Positions 8,317-20,543 of a stretch of DNA of 64,000 nt are shown piece by piece. Source of the DNA: Alphaproteobacteria bacterium (GTDB lineage Bacteria > Pseudomonadota > Alphaproteobacteria > GM7ARS4 > CBDIDI01); assembly GCA_965277685.1 (NCBI GenBank), contig OZ255830.1, positions 1,385,367-1,449,366 on the forward strand, in the 5' to 3' direction. The first letter of the stretch is position 1. Each line of letters opens with the position of its first letter. The position numbers and the translations under genes are program-made. The notes beneath the pieces were generated by a model. It saw only the letters and a list, made by a program, of their open reading frames with translations. It was not told where the DNA came from and searched no databases.

Positions 8317-9519
8317 GTGATGGATGAAAAGAGGAAGTCCAAAATCGCAAGTGATAAGAAGGAAGGTGCCGAGGTTGCGGACGGTACGATGACATGCGCG
8401 CAAATTGGTCATTACCTTAAACAGGTTCGCCACAAACGGGCTTGTACTCTGAAGGAGGTTGCCTCTTTCTTGCGGGTGCAGCCCCATCATATTGCCTGTA
8501 TAGAGGCAGGTGGGCTGCCGGATCCGCCGGGATTGCCCTACGCACTTGGTATTGTTCGCAGTTACGTGAGTTACCTTGGACTTGATCCGGATGTATTCGT
8601 GCCGGCGTACCGGAAATCCTACGGTCAGTGCAAAGTTCCGATGGCATCGGCGTATTCTTCTACGAAGCGTTCTGCTTTTGGAACGGTTGTCGCCGGTGTG
8701 ATGGTGGTCGCCTTGGCATGGGGCGGGTGGTATTATTACGCGCATTATGCACCGTCGTCGTGGTTCGGTTACGTGTCCGATCGGGGATCCGGCCAGGCAT
8801 CCGAGCAGACGTCCGACCAGAGATCCGATCAGGCATCCGATCATGGGGCGGGGTACGGACGGCGCGACGATCCGGCGACGTCGCCGGAAAAAATTGAAAA
8901 AGGGGTGCCGGTCTTCACTATTGATGAGGATGTGCCATTATCGTCCGGAAATTCTTTTATGGAGACCGACACCACACCGACGGAAGATTGGAAAGATGGG
9001 AATGGCGATGCTTTTTCCACCGATGCGGATCGTTTGGATGACACTTTTCCCACCGATTCCACTTTTCCCACCGATTCCAAGGACGTTACGAATGGAAGTG
9101 ATGATGTTTCCATTTTCTCTCCATCGATCTATGCGGCCGGTCGCCGCTTTGCCCGGGCTTTGGATAAATCGGTTGTTCTGGCGACGGCGGCGGATGCGTC
9201 GGCAATACCTCTTGGTGCCGATCCTCCTATTCTTAATGATAATATCGAAATTCGGGCTGTGGATGATTGCTGGATCGAGGTTCGCAAACGCAACGATGGC
9301 GCAATCGTTTTTTCGCGGCTTTTACGACGGGGGGAGCGTTTTCGTCTTGATGATGCTTCCGATTTATCCCTTAGCATAGGAAATGCCGGTGCTTTGGCGA
9401 TTTATCTGGACAACCGTTTCCTGCGGCAGGGGGGGCGCATGGGGGAGGTCGTATATGATCTTTCTTTGGATCCGGAAGATCTTTTATCGCAATCTTCCTT
9501 ATTGGCAACTCTGCGCTGA
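8317..9519 (+). CDS. RodZ-like cytoskeleton protein (XRE-type HTH, one TM segment, acidic linker, C-terminal DUF4115)
   Basis: N-terminal HTH (TLKEVASFLRVQPHHIACIEAG). TM segment VVAGVMVVALAWGGWYYY. C-terminal IEIRAVDDCWIEVRKRNDGAIVFSRLLRRGERFRL...SIGNAGALAIYLD, typical of DUF4115. In-frame 21-bp duplication encoding DTFPTDS-TFPTDS at 9040-9078. Confidence 0.55.
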   Translation: MMDEKRKSKIASDKKEGAEVADGTMTCAQIGHYLKQVRHKRACTLKEVASFLRVQPHHIACIEAGGLPDPPGLPYALGIVRSYVSYLGLDPDVFVPAYRKSYGQCKVPMASAYSSTKRSAFGTVVAGVMVVALAWGGWYYYAHYAPSSWFGYVSDRGSGQASEQTSDQRSDQASDHGAGYGRRDDPATSPEKIEKGVPVFTIDEDVPLSSGNSFMETDTTPTEDWKDGNGDAFSTDADRLDDTFPTDSTFPTDSKDVTNGSDDVSIFSPSIYAAGRRFARALDKSVVLATAADASAIPLGADPPILNDNIEIRAVDDCWIEVRKRNDGAIVFSRLLRRGERFRLDDASDLSLSIGNAGALAIYLDNRFLRQGGRMGEVVYDLSLDPEDLLSQSSLLATLR

Positions 9520-9699
9520 TCGATCCATGGTGCGGCGGAAGTCTCTTGGCGAAAAAAAGAAGCCCGAGTCTCGCTCGGGCCGTCATGGCGGTGGGGCTAC
9601 GGTGAAAAACACGCATAGCAATCCATCCCATCGGTCAAAGGGCAAGGCGGAAGAGGTAAAATCCAATGAACGGGGTGGGCCATCCGGCCCGGAGCCGAC

Positions 9700-9868
9700 C
9701 CGGTATGGTGATTGGGAATACAAGGGACGTTGCATTGATTTTTGACCTTAACCGATCCGGTATGGCGATTGGGAATACAAGGAACGTTGCATTGATTTTT
9801 GACCTTAACCGATCCGGTATGGTGATTGGGAATACAAGGGACGTTGCATTGATTCTTAACCTTTTTTG
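9700..9868. repeat. three tandem copies of a ~57-bp unit (ccggtatggtgattgggaatacaagggacgttgcattgatttttgaccttaaccgat)
   Basis: Copies differ by 1-3 substitutions. Intergenic, downstream of the rodZ-like gene. Confidence 0.9.
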
Positions 9869-10157
9869 ATGGTTCATCCGGTCAAAGGGCCATGATCATC
9901 CGATAGATTTTGAAGGGGTGTTTTATCTAAGATTCAAGATTTTCTTCCGTCCGGAGCATGCGCGTATATCCGACATGCCCCATATAAATGAAAAGAAAAT
10001 CATGCCGTGATCGGTAAAATAAAGGTCAACATGGGTGCTTCATTCCACTAAAACCATGATATCGGGGCATATCGGGGTATGAGGATGATATCTTTCATGG
10101 AAAAAGGGTTGTTTTTATGCCATTGATACCCCCAGTCTTTCTCTATCCTCGGGTTGT

Positions 10158-12023
10158 TTGATGCCGGTATATCGTTCTCGCACATCGACGCATGGCCGTA
10201 ACATGGCCGGCGCGCGCTCACTCTGGCGGGCAACGGGCATGGGTGACGGTGATTTCGGCAAACCCATTATTGCCGTGGTGAACTCCTTTGTTGAATTTGT
10301 CCCCGGCCATGTTCATTTGCGTGATCTTGGTCGTTTGGTTGGCACTGAAATCGAAAAAAGCGGTGGGGTGGCCAAGGAATTTAACACCATTGCCGTGGAT
10401 GACGGCATTGCCATGGGACACGATGGAATGCTGTATTCATTGCCATCGCGCGAATTAATCGCGGACAGTGTCGAATATATGGTGAACGCCCATTGTGCGG
10501 ATGCGATGGTGTGTATTTCCAACTGCGATAAGATCACCCCGGGTATGCTGATGGCGGCGATGCGGGTCAATATTCCGACTATTTTTGTATCCGGTGGGCC
10601 GATGGAGGCAGGCAAAATCACGGATGGCGACACGCAAAAATCCATTGATTTGATCGATGCCATGGTCCAGTCGGCCAATCCGGATATCAGTGATGAAGAA
10701 TCCCTTGAGTATGAGCGTAGTGCCTGCCCGACCTGTGGCTCGTGTTCGGGGATGTTCACCGCAAATTCAATGAATTGCCTAACCGAGGCCATCGGGCTTG
10801 CTTTGCCCGGCAACGGCAGCATGCTGGCCACGCATGCGGATCGTCGGGAGCTGTTTATGGATGCCGGACGTCATATTGTCGATTTGACCCGGCGTTATTA
10901 CGAGAAGGACGATCATTCGGCCTTGCCGCGTTCAATAGCGTCCAAACGATCCTTTCATAATGCGATGAGTGTCGATATTGCGATGGGCGGGTCGACGAAT
11001 ACGGTTCTTCACCTTATTGCGGCCGCGCATGAGGGCGAGGTCGATTTTGACATGGGGGTCATTAATGACCTTTCCCATAAGGTTCCGACTTTGTGTAAAG
11101 TGGCCCCAAGTTCTAGCTTTCACATGGAAGACGTGCATCGCGCCGGTGGCATCTTTGCCATCATGGGAGAGATGGAAAAAGCCGGCTTGTTGAATACCGA
11201 TGTGCCGATGGTGCATGCCCCGACTCTTGGCGAGGCGATCGACCGATGGGATATCGGTCGCAGCAAGGATGAAAAAGTGCGCCGTTTTTATATGGCGGCT
11301 CCCGGCGGGGTTAGAAGCAAAGAACCGTTTTCACAAAGTCAACGTTATGCAAGTTTGGATGATAACCGCGCCCATGGTTGTGTCCGTGATATTGCCCACG
11401 CGTATAGCCAGGATGGCGGTTTGGCCGTTCTTTACGGTAATTTGGCCAGGGACGGTTGTATCGTTAAAACGGCCGGGGTGGATGCCGACTTGCTGAATTT
11501 TCGTGGCCCGGCTCGAGTTTTTGAAAGTCAGGAAGGCGCCGTTGAAGGCATCCTCGGCGACCGAATTAAACCGGGCGAGGTTGTGGTTATTCGTTATGAA
11601 GGGCCGCGGGGCGGCCCGGGGATGCAGGAAATGTTGTATCCCACTTCTTATCTGAAATCGAAGGGATTGGGCAAGAAATGCGCCCTTATCACGGACGGAC
11701 GTTTTTCCGGTGGCACTTCCGGGCTTTCCCTTGGCCATGTTTCGCCCGAAGCATCGAGCGGCGGAAACATTGCCTTGGTTGAAGATGGCGATATCATTGA
11801 GATTGACATCGTCGCACGCAAGGTTTCGGTAATGGTCGACGATGCGGTTTTGGATGATCGTCGCCGGGCAATGGTCGGGGATGGCCATGGGCATTGGCAA
11901 CCAAAGGAAAAGCGCAAACGCAAAGTGAGCACGGCACTGAAAGCCTATGCGGCACTTGCGACCAGTGCATCGCGTGGTGCCGTGCGGGATCTTTCTTTGC
12001 TTCTTGAGCGTGATTCCTCATAA
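10158..12023 (+). CDS. ilvD: dihydroxy-acid dehydratase
   Basis: N-terminus [27 protein letters not shown]. Fe-S cysteines in [16 protein letters not shown] and [18 protein letters not shown]. 621 aa. Confidence 0.95.
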   Translation: MMPVYRSRTSTHGRNMAGARSLWRATGMGDGDFGKPIIAVVNSFVEFVPGHVHLRDLGRLVGTEIEKSGGVAKEFNTIAVDDGIAMGHDGMLYSLPSRELIADSVEYMVNAHCADAMVCISNCDKITPGMLMAAMRVNIPTIFVSGGPMEAGKITDGDTQKSIDLIDAMVQSANPDISDEESLEYERSACPTCGSCSGMFTANSMNCLTEAIGLALPGNGSMLATHADRRELFMDAGRHIVDLTRRYYEKDDHSALPRSIASKRSFHNAMSVDIAMGGSTNTVLHLIAAAHEGEVDFDMGVINDLSHKVPTLCKVAPSSSFHMEDVHRAGGIFAIMGEMEKAGLLNTDVPMVHAPTLGEAIDRWDIGRSKDEKVRRFYMAAPGGVRSKEPFSQSQRYASLDDNRAHGCVRDIAHAYSQDGGLAVLYGNLARDGCIVKTAGVDADLLNFRGPARVFESQEGAVEGILGDRIKPGEVVVIRYEGPRGGPGMQEMLYPTSYLKSKGLGKKCALITDGRFSGGTSGLSLGHVSPEASSGGNIALVEDGDIIEIDIVARKVSVMVDDAVLDDRRRAMVGDGHGHWQPKEKRKRKVSTALKAYAALATSASRGAVRDLSLLLERDSS

Positions 12024-13288
12024 GTTTTCTCGCCCTTCGCCTCGACAGCCATGTTTTTTGAGCGTGACCCCGCATAGGCCTTACGGCCCTTCGCCTTGAC
12101 AACCATAATGGTTGCATCGTCGTACATGACTTCCTTGCCGCGAAATTTTTTCATGTCCTGCAGTATCGCATCGCATATTTGCGTGGCGCTATGGTCTCGA
12201 TAGCGGCGCACCAAGGATTCTATCTTTTTCCGTCCATAAAACTTTCCGGCCGCATTGCGCGTATCCCCTATGCCGTCACTCAGAATTGCCAGGATGCTTC
12301 CTTTTTTCATGTTTTTTAGGGATTGTTGCCGATAGCGATAATTTTTATCTATGCCAAGGGGTAGGGCACGTTGTGATAACTCTTCCGCTTTATCCTTGCC
12401 ATTCGGCAGAAAGAGGGCCGGTTCATGTCCGGCACTGCACCAATCGATCGATTGGGATGTGATTTGAAGGCAGAACATGGTGACGAATTGTCCATCGTCA
12501 AGGTCGCGATTTAAATGCCTATTGAGGCGGTTCATCTTATGATCGAGGGCCGGGGTGGTTTCAACAAAGCCGCGCAGAAGCGCGCGCGACGTTGCCATTT
12601 GCAAAGCGGCGGCAATACCGTGTCCGCAAACATCGCCAAGAACGATAACGCCCTCAACGTGTGTTTCTTCGGTCGGGTCACTATCCGCGTTTTGTTTGGG
12701 CTTTGACGCCGATGTTCGGACACGGTCGACCGCGATTATATCGAAATAATCACCGCCGGTTTCATCACAGGGAATATTACGACCGGCAATATCAAATCCG
12801 TCGATTTTAATATCGGCATGGGACATCAGATATTGTTGCGCTTGACCGGCAAGCCCAAGACTGCGTTCCATCCGCATTCTTTCGGCTAATGCCGGGGCCA
12901 TTTCATCGAATGCCTTGGCAAGTTTGCCGATTTCATCGCGCCTTTTAATATTGGAACGGGCGCTAAAATTACCTTTCTTCAATTGACGACTCATATCGGC
13001 CAGTTTGGTCATCGGTCGGGTTAATCGCGTCGAGATAATGATCGCGACCGTAATAACCGCGACACCAATCGCGGTCAGGGTAAAGGCATCACGTATAAGT
13101 TTGGCGATCGTCTTTTTTTCCAGATGGGATGCAATTCTTTCGATATGGCGAATCAACGATGAATCGTCAATCTCGACAAGATCGGCGAGAAGCGTGCGCA
13201 TGACGGTCAGATCGATGGTCGAATTGATCATCATCGGCACGAAGGCCGTGACGAGCAGCAAAATAAGAAATTTATACTTCAGATCCAT
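11945..13288 (-). CDS. membrane-anchored HAMP-domain PP2C-family (RsbU/SpoIIE-like) serine phosphatase
   Basis: Two N-terminal TM segments, HAMP ([43 protein letters not shown]), then a PP2C/SpoIIE domain (GGDYFDII...[11 protein letters not shown]...ILSDGI...[10 protein letters not shown]). The last 79 bp overlap the ilvD 3' end on the opposite strand. Confidence 0.7.
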   Translation of the reverse strand: MDLKYKFLILLLVTAFVPMMINSTIDLTVMRTLLADLVEIDDSSLIRHIERIASHLEKKTIAKLIRDAFTLTAIGVAVITVAIIISTRLTRPMTKLADMSRQLKKGNFSARSNIKRRDEIGKLAKAFDEMAPALAERMRMERSLGLAGQAQQYLMSHADIKIDGFDIAGRNIPCDETGGDYFDIIAVDRVRTSASKPKQNADSDPTEETHVEGVIVLGDVCGHGIAAALQMATSRALLRGFVETTPALDHKMNRLNRHLNRDLDDGQFVTMFCLQITSQSIDWCSAGHEPALFLPNGKDKAEELSQRALPLGIDKNYRYRQQSLKNMKKGSILAILSDGIGDTRNAAGKFYGRKKIESLVRRYRDHSATQICDAILQDMKKFRGKEVMYDDATIMVVKAKGRKAYAGSRSKNMAVEAKGEKTYEESRSRSKERSRTAPRDALVASAA

Positions 13289-13372
13289 CGGGCAGCATCC
13301 AGTTGATCCCGCATGCTGAGTAACGATACGCCCGGTAATGGCGCATCCTTAATGATGGGCGTTCGTGCGTCT

Positions 13373-14587
13373 TTACGTTAGTTCCCGATTGGCCTTTGCC
13401 ATTCGAACGCATGCCTCTGCCAAGGCTTCGTCCGAGGTCGCGTAGGACGCGCGAAGATATCCCGGCGCGCCAAAGGCCGTGCCCGGGACGAGGGCAACTT
13501 TAGCCGCGCCGAGAAGATAGCCGGCATAGTCCGTATCCGAGCCAATCGTTTGGCCATCGGGGGTTTTGCGGCCAATGACATCGGCGCAAGAGAAGAATAA
13601 ATAAAAGGCCCCCTGCGGCCGATTGACGCAAGACAGGCCGGTGATGGCGTTGATCGAATCGTAGAGAGTATCGCGCCGCTTGCAGAATCGGGCCGCGCGC
13701 TTTGGAATGAAATCCTGCGGTCCGGTCAGGGCGGCAACGGCGGCCGCTTGAGATATGGAACACGGGTTCGATGTGCTTTGGGATTGAATGGTTGTCATGG
13801 CTTTGATCAAATCCGGATCGCCACCGGCAAAGCCGATGCGCCATCCCGTCATGGCATAGGCCTTGGACACGCCGTTAACGGTCAATATGCGCGCGGATAA
13901 TTCCGGGGCAACGTCGGCAATGGTTGAAAAGTCAAGGTCGTCATAAATGATATGTTCGTACATATCATCGCAAAGGATGTGAAGATTTGGATGGTTGATT
14001 AAAATACGGGCAAGGGCCTGTAATTCATCGCGGCCGTACAATGCCCCGGTCGGATTTCCGGGCGAATTCAAGATCAGCCATTTACTCCGCTTCGTGATAG
14101 CGGCCTTTAGCGTATCGGCATCCAGTTTGAAATCGTTCTCCGCCTTGGTTTCGAGAATGACCGGCGTTCCACCGGCAAGCAGTGCCATATCGGGGTAAGA
14201 TACCCAATAAGGGGCGGGGATAAGAACCTCATCCCCGGCATCAAGGGTGGCGACGAGCGCATTATAGATGACTTGTTTGCCGCCACAGCCAACGATGATC
14301 TGGGAACGGTCGTAGTTGAGGTTGTTTTCACGGGCGAATTTATCTTGCACGGCTTGCTTTAGTTCGTCGGTGCCGCCAACGGCCGTGTATTTCGTCTTTC
14401 CGGCCTGAATGGCGCGGATCGCCGCGGCCTTGATATGGTCGGGGGTATCGAAATCAGGCTCGCCGGCACCAAGGCCGATGACGTTCTCCCCTCGGGCGCG
14501 CAATTGAGCCGCCATGCGTGTGACGGCCATTGTTGCTGAAGGTTTGATTTTACTAAGTCTCCGAGCAATAATCGTCATCGTTTCCAT
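13373..14587 (-). CDS. pyridoxal-phosphate-dependent aminotransferase, AspC family (aspartate aminotransferase-like)
   Basis: Class I aminotransferase motifs GAGEPDFDTP, NSPGNPTG, SKAYAMTGWRIG. Start chosen at METMTIIARRLSKIKPS (ATG 14587 or 14578) rather than the extended ORF start at 14686. Confidence 0.85.
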   Translation of the reverse strand: METMTIIARRLSKIKPSATMAVTRMAAQLRARGENVIGLGAGEPDFDTPDHIKAAAIRAIQAGKTKYTAVGGTDELKQAVQDKFARENNLNYDRSQIIVGCGGKQVIYNALVATLDAGDEVLIPAPYWVSYPDMALLAGGTPVILETKAENDFKLDADTLKAAITKRSKWLILNSPGNPTGALYGRDELQALARILINHPNLHILCDDMYEHIIYDDLDFSTIADVAPELSARILTVNGVSKAYAMTGWRIGFAGGDPDLIKAMTTIQSQSTSNPCSISQAAAVAALTGPQDFIPKRAARFCKRRDTLYDSINAITGLSCVNRPQGAFYLFFSCADVIGRKTPDGQTIGSDTDYAGYLLGAAKVALVPGTAFGAPGYLRASYATSDEALAEACVRMAKANRELT

Positions 14588-14680
14588 CCGCTTCTTTATA
14601 GCTTGACAATATAACCGTTTCCGCGAGGCTTCCCATCCTCGCGGTAACAGAACATCACAGATAAAGGCAAGGAACAATAA

Positions 14681-16843
14681 ATGCAAGGCGATCGCGATAA
14701 TGATATTGGTATTTCCTTTGATCGGGATAAAAAAATGCTTTCCCGGAATGCTCCTATGGAACGGTCAAGCGTGATTCAATGCCCTGATTTAGGGCAAAAA
14801 GCGGATTTCAAGATGTGTTCCGATTTCACCCCGGCCGGCGACCAGCCCCAGGCCATCAAGGCTTTGGCGCAAGGATTGGCGGAAAATAAACGCAATCAAG
14901 TGCTGATGGGGGTGACCGGTTCGGGCAAGACGTTCAGCATGGCCCATGTCATCGCCAAGCGGGGAACGCCATGTCTTATCTTGGCGCCGAATAAAACTCT
15001 TGCCGCCCAGCTCTACGGCGAGATGAAGTCCCTCTTTCCGGATAACGGGGTCTGCTATTTCGTGTCCTATTACGATTATTATCAACCGGAAGCATACGTT
15101 GCCAGCAGCGACACCTATATCGAGAAAGAATCCAGCATTAACGAACAGATCGACCGGTTGCGGCACGAGGCCACGCGCTCTTTGTTCGAGCGCCGCGATG
15201 TCATCATCGTTGCCAGCGTATCATGCATCTATGGTATTGGTGATCCACAGACCTATGCGATGATGACGGTATCTTTATCGAAAGGGATGGAGATCACGCG
15301 CGATGCGTTGCTTCGCCAATTGGTCGAGTTGCAGTACCGGCGCAACGATCATGATTTTCGCCGCGGGTTTTTTCGAGTCCGCGGCGATAGTGTCGAGATT
15401 TTTCCATCCCACTATGAGGATAAGGCATGGCGTTTGTCTTTTTTCGGTGATGAGGTCGAGGAAATAGCCGAAATTGATCCACTGACCGGCAAGGCCGATG
15501 CTTTTCCGAGCCATGTGCGTTTATATGGAAATTCCCACTATGTGACGACAAAACCGGCGTTAAAACAGGCGATTGTCGCCATCCGCGAGGAATTGACCGC
15601 ACGTTTGGTCGAATTGAAATCCGATAACCGCTTGATCGAAGCGCAACGGCTGGAGGAAAGAACCCAATTCGATCTTGAGATGATCGAGGCCACCGGCAGC
15701 TGTCCGGGTATCGAGAATTACTCGCGTCATTTAACCGGCCGTCCCTCCGGGTCGGCGCCGCCAACTCTTTTCGAGTATCTTCCCGATGATGCCCTTGTCA
15801 TTGTCGACGAATCCCATGTATCCGTCCCGCAATTGCGGGCGATGTTCAAGGGTGACCAATCACGCAAACGAAACTTGTCCGATTATGGGTTCAGGCTTCC
15901 GTCGTGTCTTGATAATCGCCCGCTTCAATTCGAAGAATGGGATCGATTGCGCACGCAGACAATTTTTGTTTCGGCCACCCCCGGCCCGTGGGAGATGAAA
16001 CAATTGGACAGCAAAATCATTGAACAATTAATCCGCCCGACAGGGTTGACGGATCCGGTCTGCGTGGTTCGCCCGGCCTTGCATCAAGTGGACGATTTGA
16101 TGAAAGAATGCCGCGACAGCGTCAAGAGAGGACACCGGGTTCTGGTGACGACGTTGACCAAAAGGATGGCGGAAGATTTAACGGAATACCTGTTTGATGC
16201 GGGGCTGCGGGTGCGTTACATGCATTCGGATATCGATACTCTCGAGCGGATAGAAATCATCCGCGATCTGCGCCTTGGGACATTTGATATTCTTATTGGG
16301 ATCAACCTTTTGCGGGAAGGTCTTGATATCCCCGAATGCGCCCTGGTTGCCGTTCTTGACGCGGACAAGGAAGGATTTTTGCGCTCGCGCACGTCGTTGA
16401 TCCAGACCATCGGGCGGGCGGCCAGAAATATTGACGGCAAGGTCATTCTTTACGCCGATACCATGACCGATTCGCTAAAAGCGGCGATCGAGGAAACGGA
16501 TCGCCGCCGGGAACGGCAGGAATTATGGAACACGCGCCATTCGATCACACCGCAATCGGTTAAGAAATCAATCACGGATATCATGGGATCGGTCTATGCG
16601 GCCGATTCCGTAACCGTTGATATTGACGGTGACAAGGCTTCCCGGCGCGCCGGCGTGGCCGATCCGGCGCAAATGATTAAAGACACGCGCCGGGCCATGT
16701 TGGCGGCGGCGGAGGATCTGGATTTTGAAGAGGCCGCGAAACTGCGTGATCGGTTGCGCGAATTGGAACATTCCGGACTTTCCCTGCCGCCGACCAACAC
16801 GCCGACCTATGGCCGAAAATCACGCCGCCGCCGGACCCGTTGA
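14681..16843 (+). CDS. uvrB: excinuclease ABC subunit B (true start possibly the internal ATG at 14735)
   Basis: [20 protein letters not shown]. Walker [10 protein letters not shown]. Helicase motifs. C-terminal UVR domain [14 protein letters not shown]. Confidence 0.95.
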   Translation: MQGDRDNDIGISFDRDKKMLSRNAPMERSSVIQCPDLGQKADFKMCSDFTPAGDQPQAIKALAQGLAENKRNQVLMGVTGSGKTFSMAHVIAKRGTPCLILAPNKTLAAQLYGEMKSLFPDNGVCYFVSYYDYYQPEAYVASSDTYIEKESSINEQIDRLRHEATRSLFERRDVIIVASVSCIYGIGDPQTYAMMTVSLSKGMEITRDALLRQLVELQYRRNDHDFRRGFFRVRGDSVEIFPSHYEDKAWRLSFFGDEVEEIAEIDPLTGKADAFPSHVRLYGNSHYVTTKPALKQAIVAIREELTARLVELKSDNRLIEAQRLEERTQFDLEMIEATGSCPGIENYSRHLTGRPSGSAPPTLFEYLPDDALVIVDESHVSVPQLRAMFKGDQSRKRNLSDYGFRLPSCLDNRPLQFEEWDRLRTQTIFVSATPGPWEMKQLDSKIIEQLIRPTGLTDPVCVVRPALHQVDDLMKECRDSVKRGHRVLVTTLTKRMAEDLTEYLFDAGLRVRYMHSDIDTLERIEIIRDLRLGTFDILIGINLLREGLDIPECALVAVLDADKEGFLRSRTSLIQTIGRAARNIDGKVILYADTMTDSLKAAIEETDRRRERQELWNTRHSITPQSVKKSITDIMGSVYAADSVTVDIDGDKASRRAGVADPAQMIKDTRRAMLAAAEDLDFEEAAKLRDRLRELEHSGLSLPPTNTPTYGRKSRRRRTR

Positions 16844-18955
16844 GGGATGTTTGCCAAATTGTGATGGGGCCACCTCACTGGACGGCGGATATGCACGCCC
16901 GGTCAGGATATTATAACAAATTCGCACGGTTTCACTGACCATGATCCAGGTAATCAGGGTGAAAAAGACGCATAGTCCGGCATTGATATGGTCATTGACG
17001 ATTAAATGGGGGGCTTTTGCGGCGATATCCCGGGCCAGTGTTCCGGCTTCGAGACCTTGGCGAAGATGGCCGGCATGGGCAAGAAAGCCGATGCGAATAT
17101 CGTCACTGAAAAGTTTTTCCGCCGCCGCCGAAGACGTGACGATAAGCATCCAAACCATCGGTAACGCCGTTACCCAGACATAGCGGTGCTTGCCGGATTT
17201 CACGATAATGACACAGGCCACGGCAAGGGCGATAACGCCAAGCATTTGATTGGAAATACCAAAGAGCGGCCAAAGGGAATTGATGCCGCCAAGGGGGTCG
17301 ATCGTTCCGGCGTAAAGGAAATATCCCCATGCGGCGCAAAAGATGGCACTGGCAACGATACCGTTGATTGTGCCCCGTCGTTTCGATGTGTGAAAACCGT
17401 CCCTTTGCGATAGGGGGGAAAAGCCGGGCATGAATTGGGCCAACATATCTTGCAGCATAAAACGGCCGACCCGGGTTCCGGCATCAAGGGTGGTGAGGAT
17501 GAAAAGGGCTTCGAACATGATGGCGAAGTGATACCAAATCGCGATCATGGCATCGGACGTTAAACTGGCAAAGACGGTTGCCATACCGACGGCAAGGGAT
17601 GGCGCACCGCCGGTGCGGGCAAACAGGGTTTTTTCCCCGACCGATGCGGCCAATGCCTGCATTTGACCGGCTTCAAGGTGGAATCCCCACGCGTTGATGC
17701 TTGCCACGGCATCGGCGACGGTGGCCCCGGCGATGCCGGCCGGGGCGTTGATGGCGAAATAGACACCGGGTTGCAAAATTGTTGCCGCGACAATCGCCAT
17801 GATCGCGACAAACATTTCGATCGCCATCGCGCCAAAGCCGATAAAGCGGATATCGCGCTCGCTTTCAAGAAGTTTGGGCGTGGTGCCCGAACAGACAAGC
17901 GAGTGAAAGCCGGAAATGGCACCACAGGCAATGGTGATAAAGACGAAGGGAAACACGCTACCGGCAAAGATCGGGCCGCTTCCGTCGATAAAGCGGGTCA
18001 AGGCCGGCATTTGAATATCGGGACGAAGGGCAAGGATGGCGGCGGCAAGAAGAACGACGGTGCCAAGTTTCATAAAGGTCGATAGGTAATCGCGCGGCGC
18101 AAGGAGAAGCCAAACCGGCAAGGTGGACGCGGCAAAACCATAGGCAATCAACATCCAGGCGAGTTCGGAGGCATTAAAATCAAACCATCCGGCAATATCG
18201 GAATGGGCGATCGAGCCACCGCCAATCACGGCCAAAATCAATAACCCGACCCCGATTAATGTCCCCTCGACAATTTTTCCGGGTCGGATATTGCGCATGT
18301 AAAACCCGACCAATACCGCGATCGGGATGGTCGCGCCGACGGTGGCCACGGCCCATGGGCTGTGCTTCATGGCGTTGACAACGACAAGGCCGAGGACGGC
18401 GATAAGAATGACCATGATCACCATTAATCCGATCATGGCACTGTTTCCGGCCAGCGGGCCAAGTTCGTCCCGGGCGATTTGGCCAAGGGATCGGGCGTTG
18501 CGCCGGGCCGAGAAGCATAAAATAATAATATCCTGGACACAGCCGCCAAGGGCGGCCCCGACCAAAATCCAAAGCGTTCCGGGAAGATAGCCGAATTGGG
18601 CGGCCAGGGTCGGCCCGATAAGTGGCCCTGGCCCGGCGATGGCGGCAAAATGATGGCCGAAAACGACCCAGCGATTGGTCGGGATGAAATCGCGCCCGTC
18701 CTCAAGGCGGCGCGATGGCATTTCCCGCTTGGGATCGAGGGCAAGGATTTTGGCGGCGATAAAGGCACCGTAAAAACGATAGGCGAGGGAGCCGACACAG
18801 ACCGCGGCAATGATGAACCAGAGGGAATTAATCGTCTCGCCGCGACTAAGGGCGATGGTGGCAACCGCCACCGCGCCAAGCACGCCGATCCCGCCCCAAA
18901 GCAATAATCGGCCAAGGGCGGCGGAAAAATGATGGGGTCTTTGCGGGCGAATCAT
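16820..18955 (-). CDS. cstA: carbon starvation protein A family membrane transporter
   Basis: ~710-aa polytopic membrane protein with a CstA-like N-terminus ([35 protein letters not shown]...[16 protein letters not shown]). Start placed at MIRPQRP (ATG 18955) to avoid overlapping the next gene. Its 3' end overlaps the uvrB 3' end by 24 bp (convergent). Confidence 0.85.
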   Translation of the reverse strand: MIRPQRPHHFSAALGRLLLWGGIGVLGAVAVATIALSRGETINSLWFIIAAVCVGSLAYRFYGAFIAAKILALDPKREMPSRRLEDGRDFIPTNRWVVFGHHFAAIAGPGPLIGPTLAAQFGYLPGTLWILVGAALGGCVQDIIILCFSARRNARSLGQIARDELGPLAGNSAMIGLMVIMVILIAVLGLVVVNAMKHSPWAVATVGATIPIAVLVGFYMRNIRPGKIVEGTLIGVGLLILAVIGGGSIAHSDIAGWFDFNASELAWMLIAYGFAASTLPVWLLLAPRDYLSTFMKLGTVVLLAAAILALRPDIQMPALTRFIDGSGPIFAGSVFPFVFITIACGAISGFHSLVCSGTTPKLLESERDIRFIGFGAMAIEMFVAIMAIVAATILQPGVYFAINAPAGIAGATVADAVASINAWGFHLEAGQMQALAASVGEKTLFARTGGAPSLAVGMATVFASLTSDAMIAIWYHFAIMFEALFILTTLDAGTRVGRFMLQDMLAQFMPGFSPLSQRDGFHTSKRRGTINGIVASAIFCAAWGYFLYAGTIDPLGGINSLWPLFGISNQMLGVIALAVACVIIVKSGKHRYVWVTALPMVWMLIVTSSAAAEKLFSDDIRIGFLAHAGHLRQGLEAGTLARDIAAKAPHLIVNDHINAGLCVFFTLITWIMVSETVRICYNILTGRAYPPSSEVAPSQFGKHPSTGPAAA

Positions 18956-18983
18956 GGGTCGAATCCTATCCGTTTTTACCGGC

Positions 18984-20411
18984 TCAATAAAGGACCAACA
19001 CCTGTAAATCGGCGACATTGGTGCCGGTATCACCGGTCATGATTAAATCATCGGATGCCATAAGGGCCGGATGGGAATCATTAAGGATAAGTTTTTCACG
19101 GGGATCGATCTTGGCGTCTTTCATGCGGGTAAGGGTGGCGTCATCGACGATGGCACCGGCTGCGTCGGTTGGCCCGTCCCGGCCATCGGTGCCGCCGGAT
19201 AAAAAGACGTATCGGGTTAAGCCGGCCTTTTCGGCCTCGATGGCAAAGGCCAGGGCCATTTCCTGATTACGCCCGCCTTTGCCGCGCCCGCGCAGGGTGA
19301 CCGTGGTCTCGCCACCGCCAATGACCATGGCCGGGTGGGGGATGTCCTTGTATTGGGCGACCAATTTTTGGGCGGCATTCCGGGCCTCGCCGGTGATCGG
19401 TTCCGGATGAATGATGGGCCTGCCGTGGGATTTTTCCACCTTTTCCGCCATTGCCCTAATACTGGTGCGATTGGATGCGATGATGGTGGTTTTGATGACG
19501 TTGGCAAAGGTCGGATCATCCGCCGTGGGCGTTTCGTCAATGGCACCGTCAATACCACGAATCAAGTGGAGATAAACACTCCCAGGTAACTTATCCAACA
19601 ATTCGTATTTTTCGATGATATCCCAGGCATCTCGATAGGTACTGGGGTCGGGTGACATTGGGCCGCTGGCAATGGTGGACGGGTCATCGCCGACGACGTC
19701 GGAGATAATAAGAACGACCGATTGGGCCGGGTGGCAGGCCCGGGCCAGGCGACCGCCCTTGAAGGCGGATAGATGCTTGCGGACGATATTGACTTCCCTA
19801 ATATCGGCGCCGCAGGCAAGAAGTTCCTCCGTCGTTTTGATCTTGTCGGGAAGGGTCACCCGCCTGGCCGGGGAGGCGGCCAGGGCACTGCCGCCGCCGG
19901 ATAAAAGGACGAGGCATAAATCATCCTCGGTTGCCGCTTGGGCTTGCTTTAACAGTGCGTTGGCCCCTCTAACGCTTTCTTGATTGGGAATTGGATGTCC
20001 CGCTATAATCGAGCCGATACCAATATTCATGAAATCATGTCGGACGATGGTCTGTGTTGTCGGTAAATTGCTATCTTTGCAAATGGGAACAACTGTTTTG
20101 GCCATGATACCGGCGGCTTTGCCAAGGGCAAGGATATGAACCCTTTTGACGCTTTTCAGGGGGGAATTTCTCTCTTTTCTTTGTTCAAATGGATCGCGTA
20201 ATGCTGAAATCATGGCATTGATACCGGTGGCTCCGCTAAGGGCAAGGATATCAGCCATTCTGACGTCTCTCGGGATGGAATTGCTTTCTTTTAGTTGTTT
20301 AAATAGATCGAGTAATGGGAAGATCATGGCATTTCTTGGATCGGCGGTACGCACCCCGACATCAAAGATTCGCTCGGCCGCAAGGCGGGACAAGAAGACG
20401 GGGTTACTCAT
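18984..20411 (-). CDS. glycerate 2-kinase (MOFRL/DUF4147 family, TtuD/GckA-like)
   Basis: MOFRL-family signature GGGETTVTLRGRGKGGRNQEMALAFAIEA plus an N-terminal DUF4147-like region. 475 aa. Confidence 0.8.
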   Translation of the reverse strand: MSNPVFLSRLAAERIFDVGVRTADPRNAMIFPLLDLFKQLKESNSIPRDVRMADILALSGATGINAMISALRDPFEQRKERNSPLKSVKRVHILALGKAAGIMAKTVVPICKDSNLPTTQTIVRHDFMNIGIGSIIAGHPIPNQESVRGANALLKQAQAATEDDLCLVLLSGGGSALAASPARRVTLPDKIKTTEELLACGADIREVNIVRKHLSAFKGGRLARACHPAQSVVLIISDVVGDDPSTIASGPMSPDPSTYRDAWDIIEKYELLDKLPGSVYLHLIRGIDGAIDETPTADDPTFANVIKTTIIASNRTSIRAMAEKVEKSHGRPIIHPEPITGEARNAAQKLVAQYKDIPHPAMVIGGGETTVTLRGRGKGGRNQEMALAFAIEAEKAGLTRYVFLSGGTDGRDGPTDAAGAIVDDATLTRMKDAKIDPREKLILNDSHPALMASDDLIMTGDTGTNVADLQVLVLY

Positions 20412-20543
20412 GCTATGGCAGGGGCCGCAATGCGGGTTTTTTCGCCATCGGCCTTTTGATGGTTGGCGGCGGTTATGGCGGCCGTGGGGGCGCGTCGCGT
20501 CGATGGCCCATATGGGGATGAAGGAACGCCCATGGCGGGCGTG

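Noticed and set aside
8203-9379. ORFs 8203..8844 (-), 8628..8897 (+) and 8747..9379 (+) of 89-213 aa
   Set aside because: Alternative-frame or antisense ORFs inside the well-supported rodZ-like gene. Arg/His-rich, typical high-GC off-frame composition.
16820-19033. Maximal cstA ORF starting at 19033
   Set aside because: It would overlap the glycerate kinase gene 3' end by 50 bp. CstA homology begins near MIRPQRP..LLWGGIG, so the internal ATG at 18955 was chosen.
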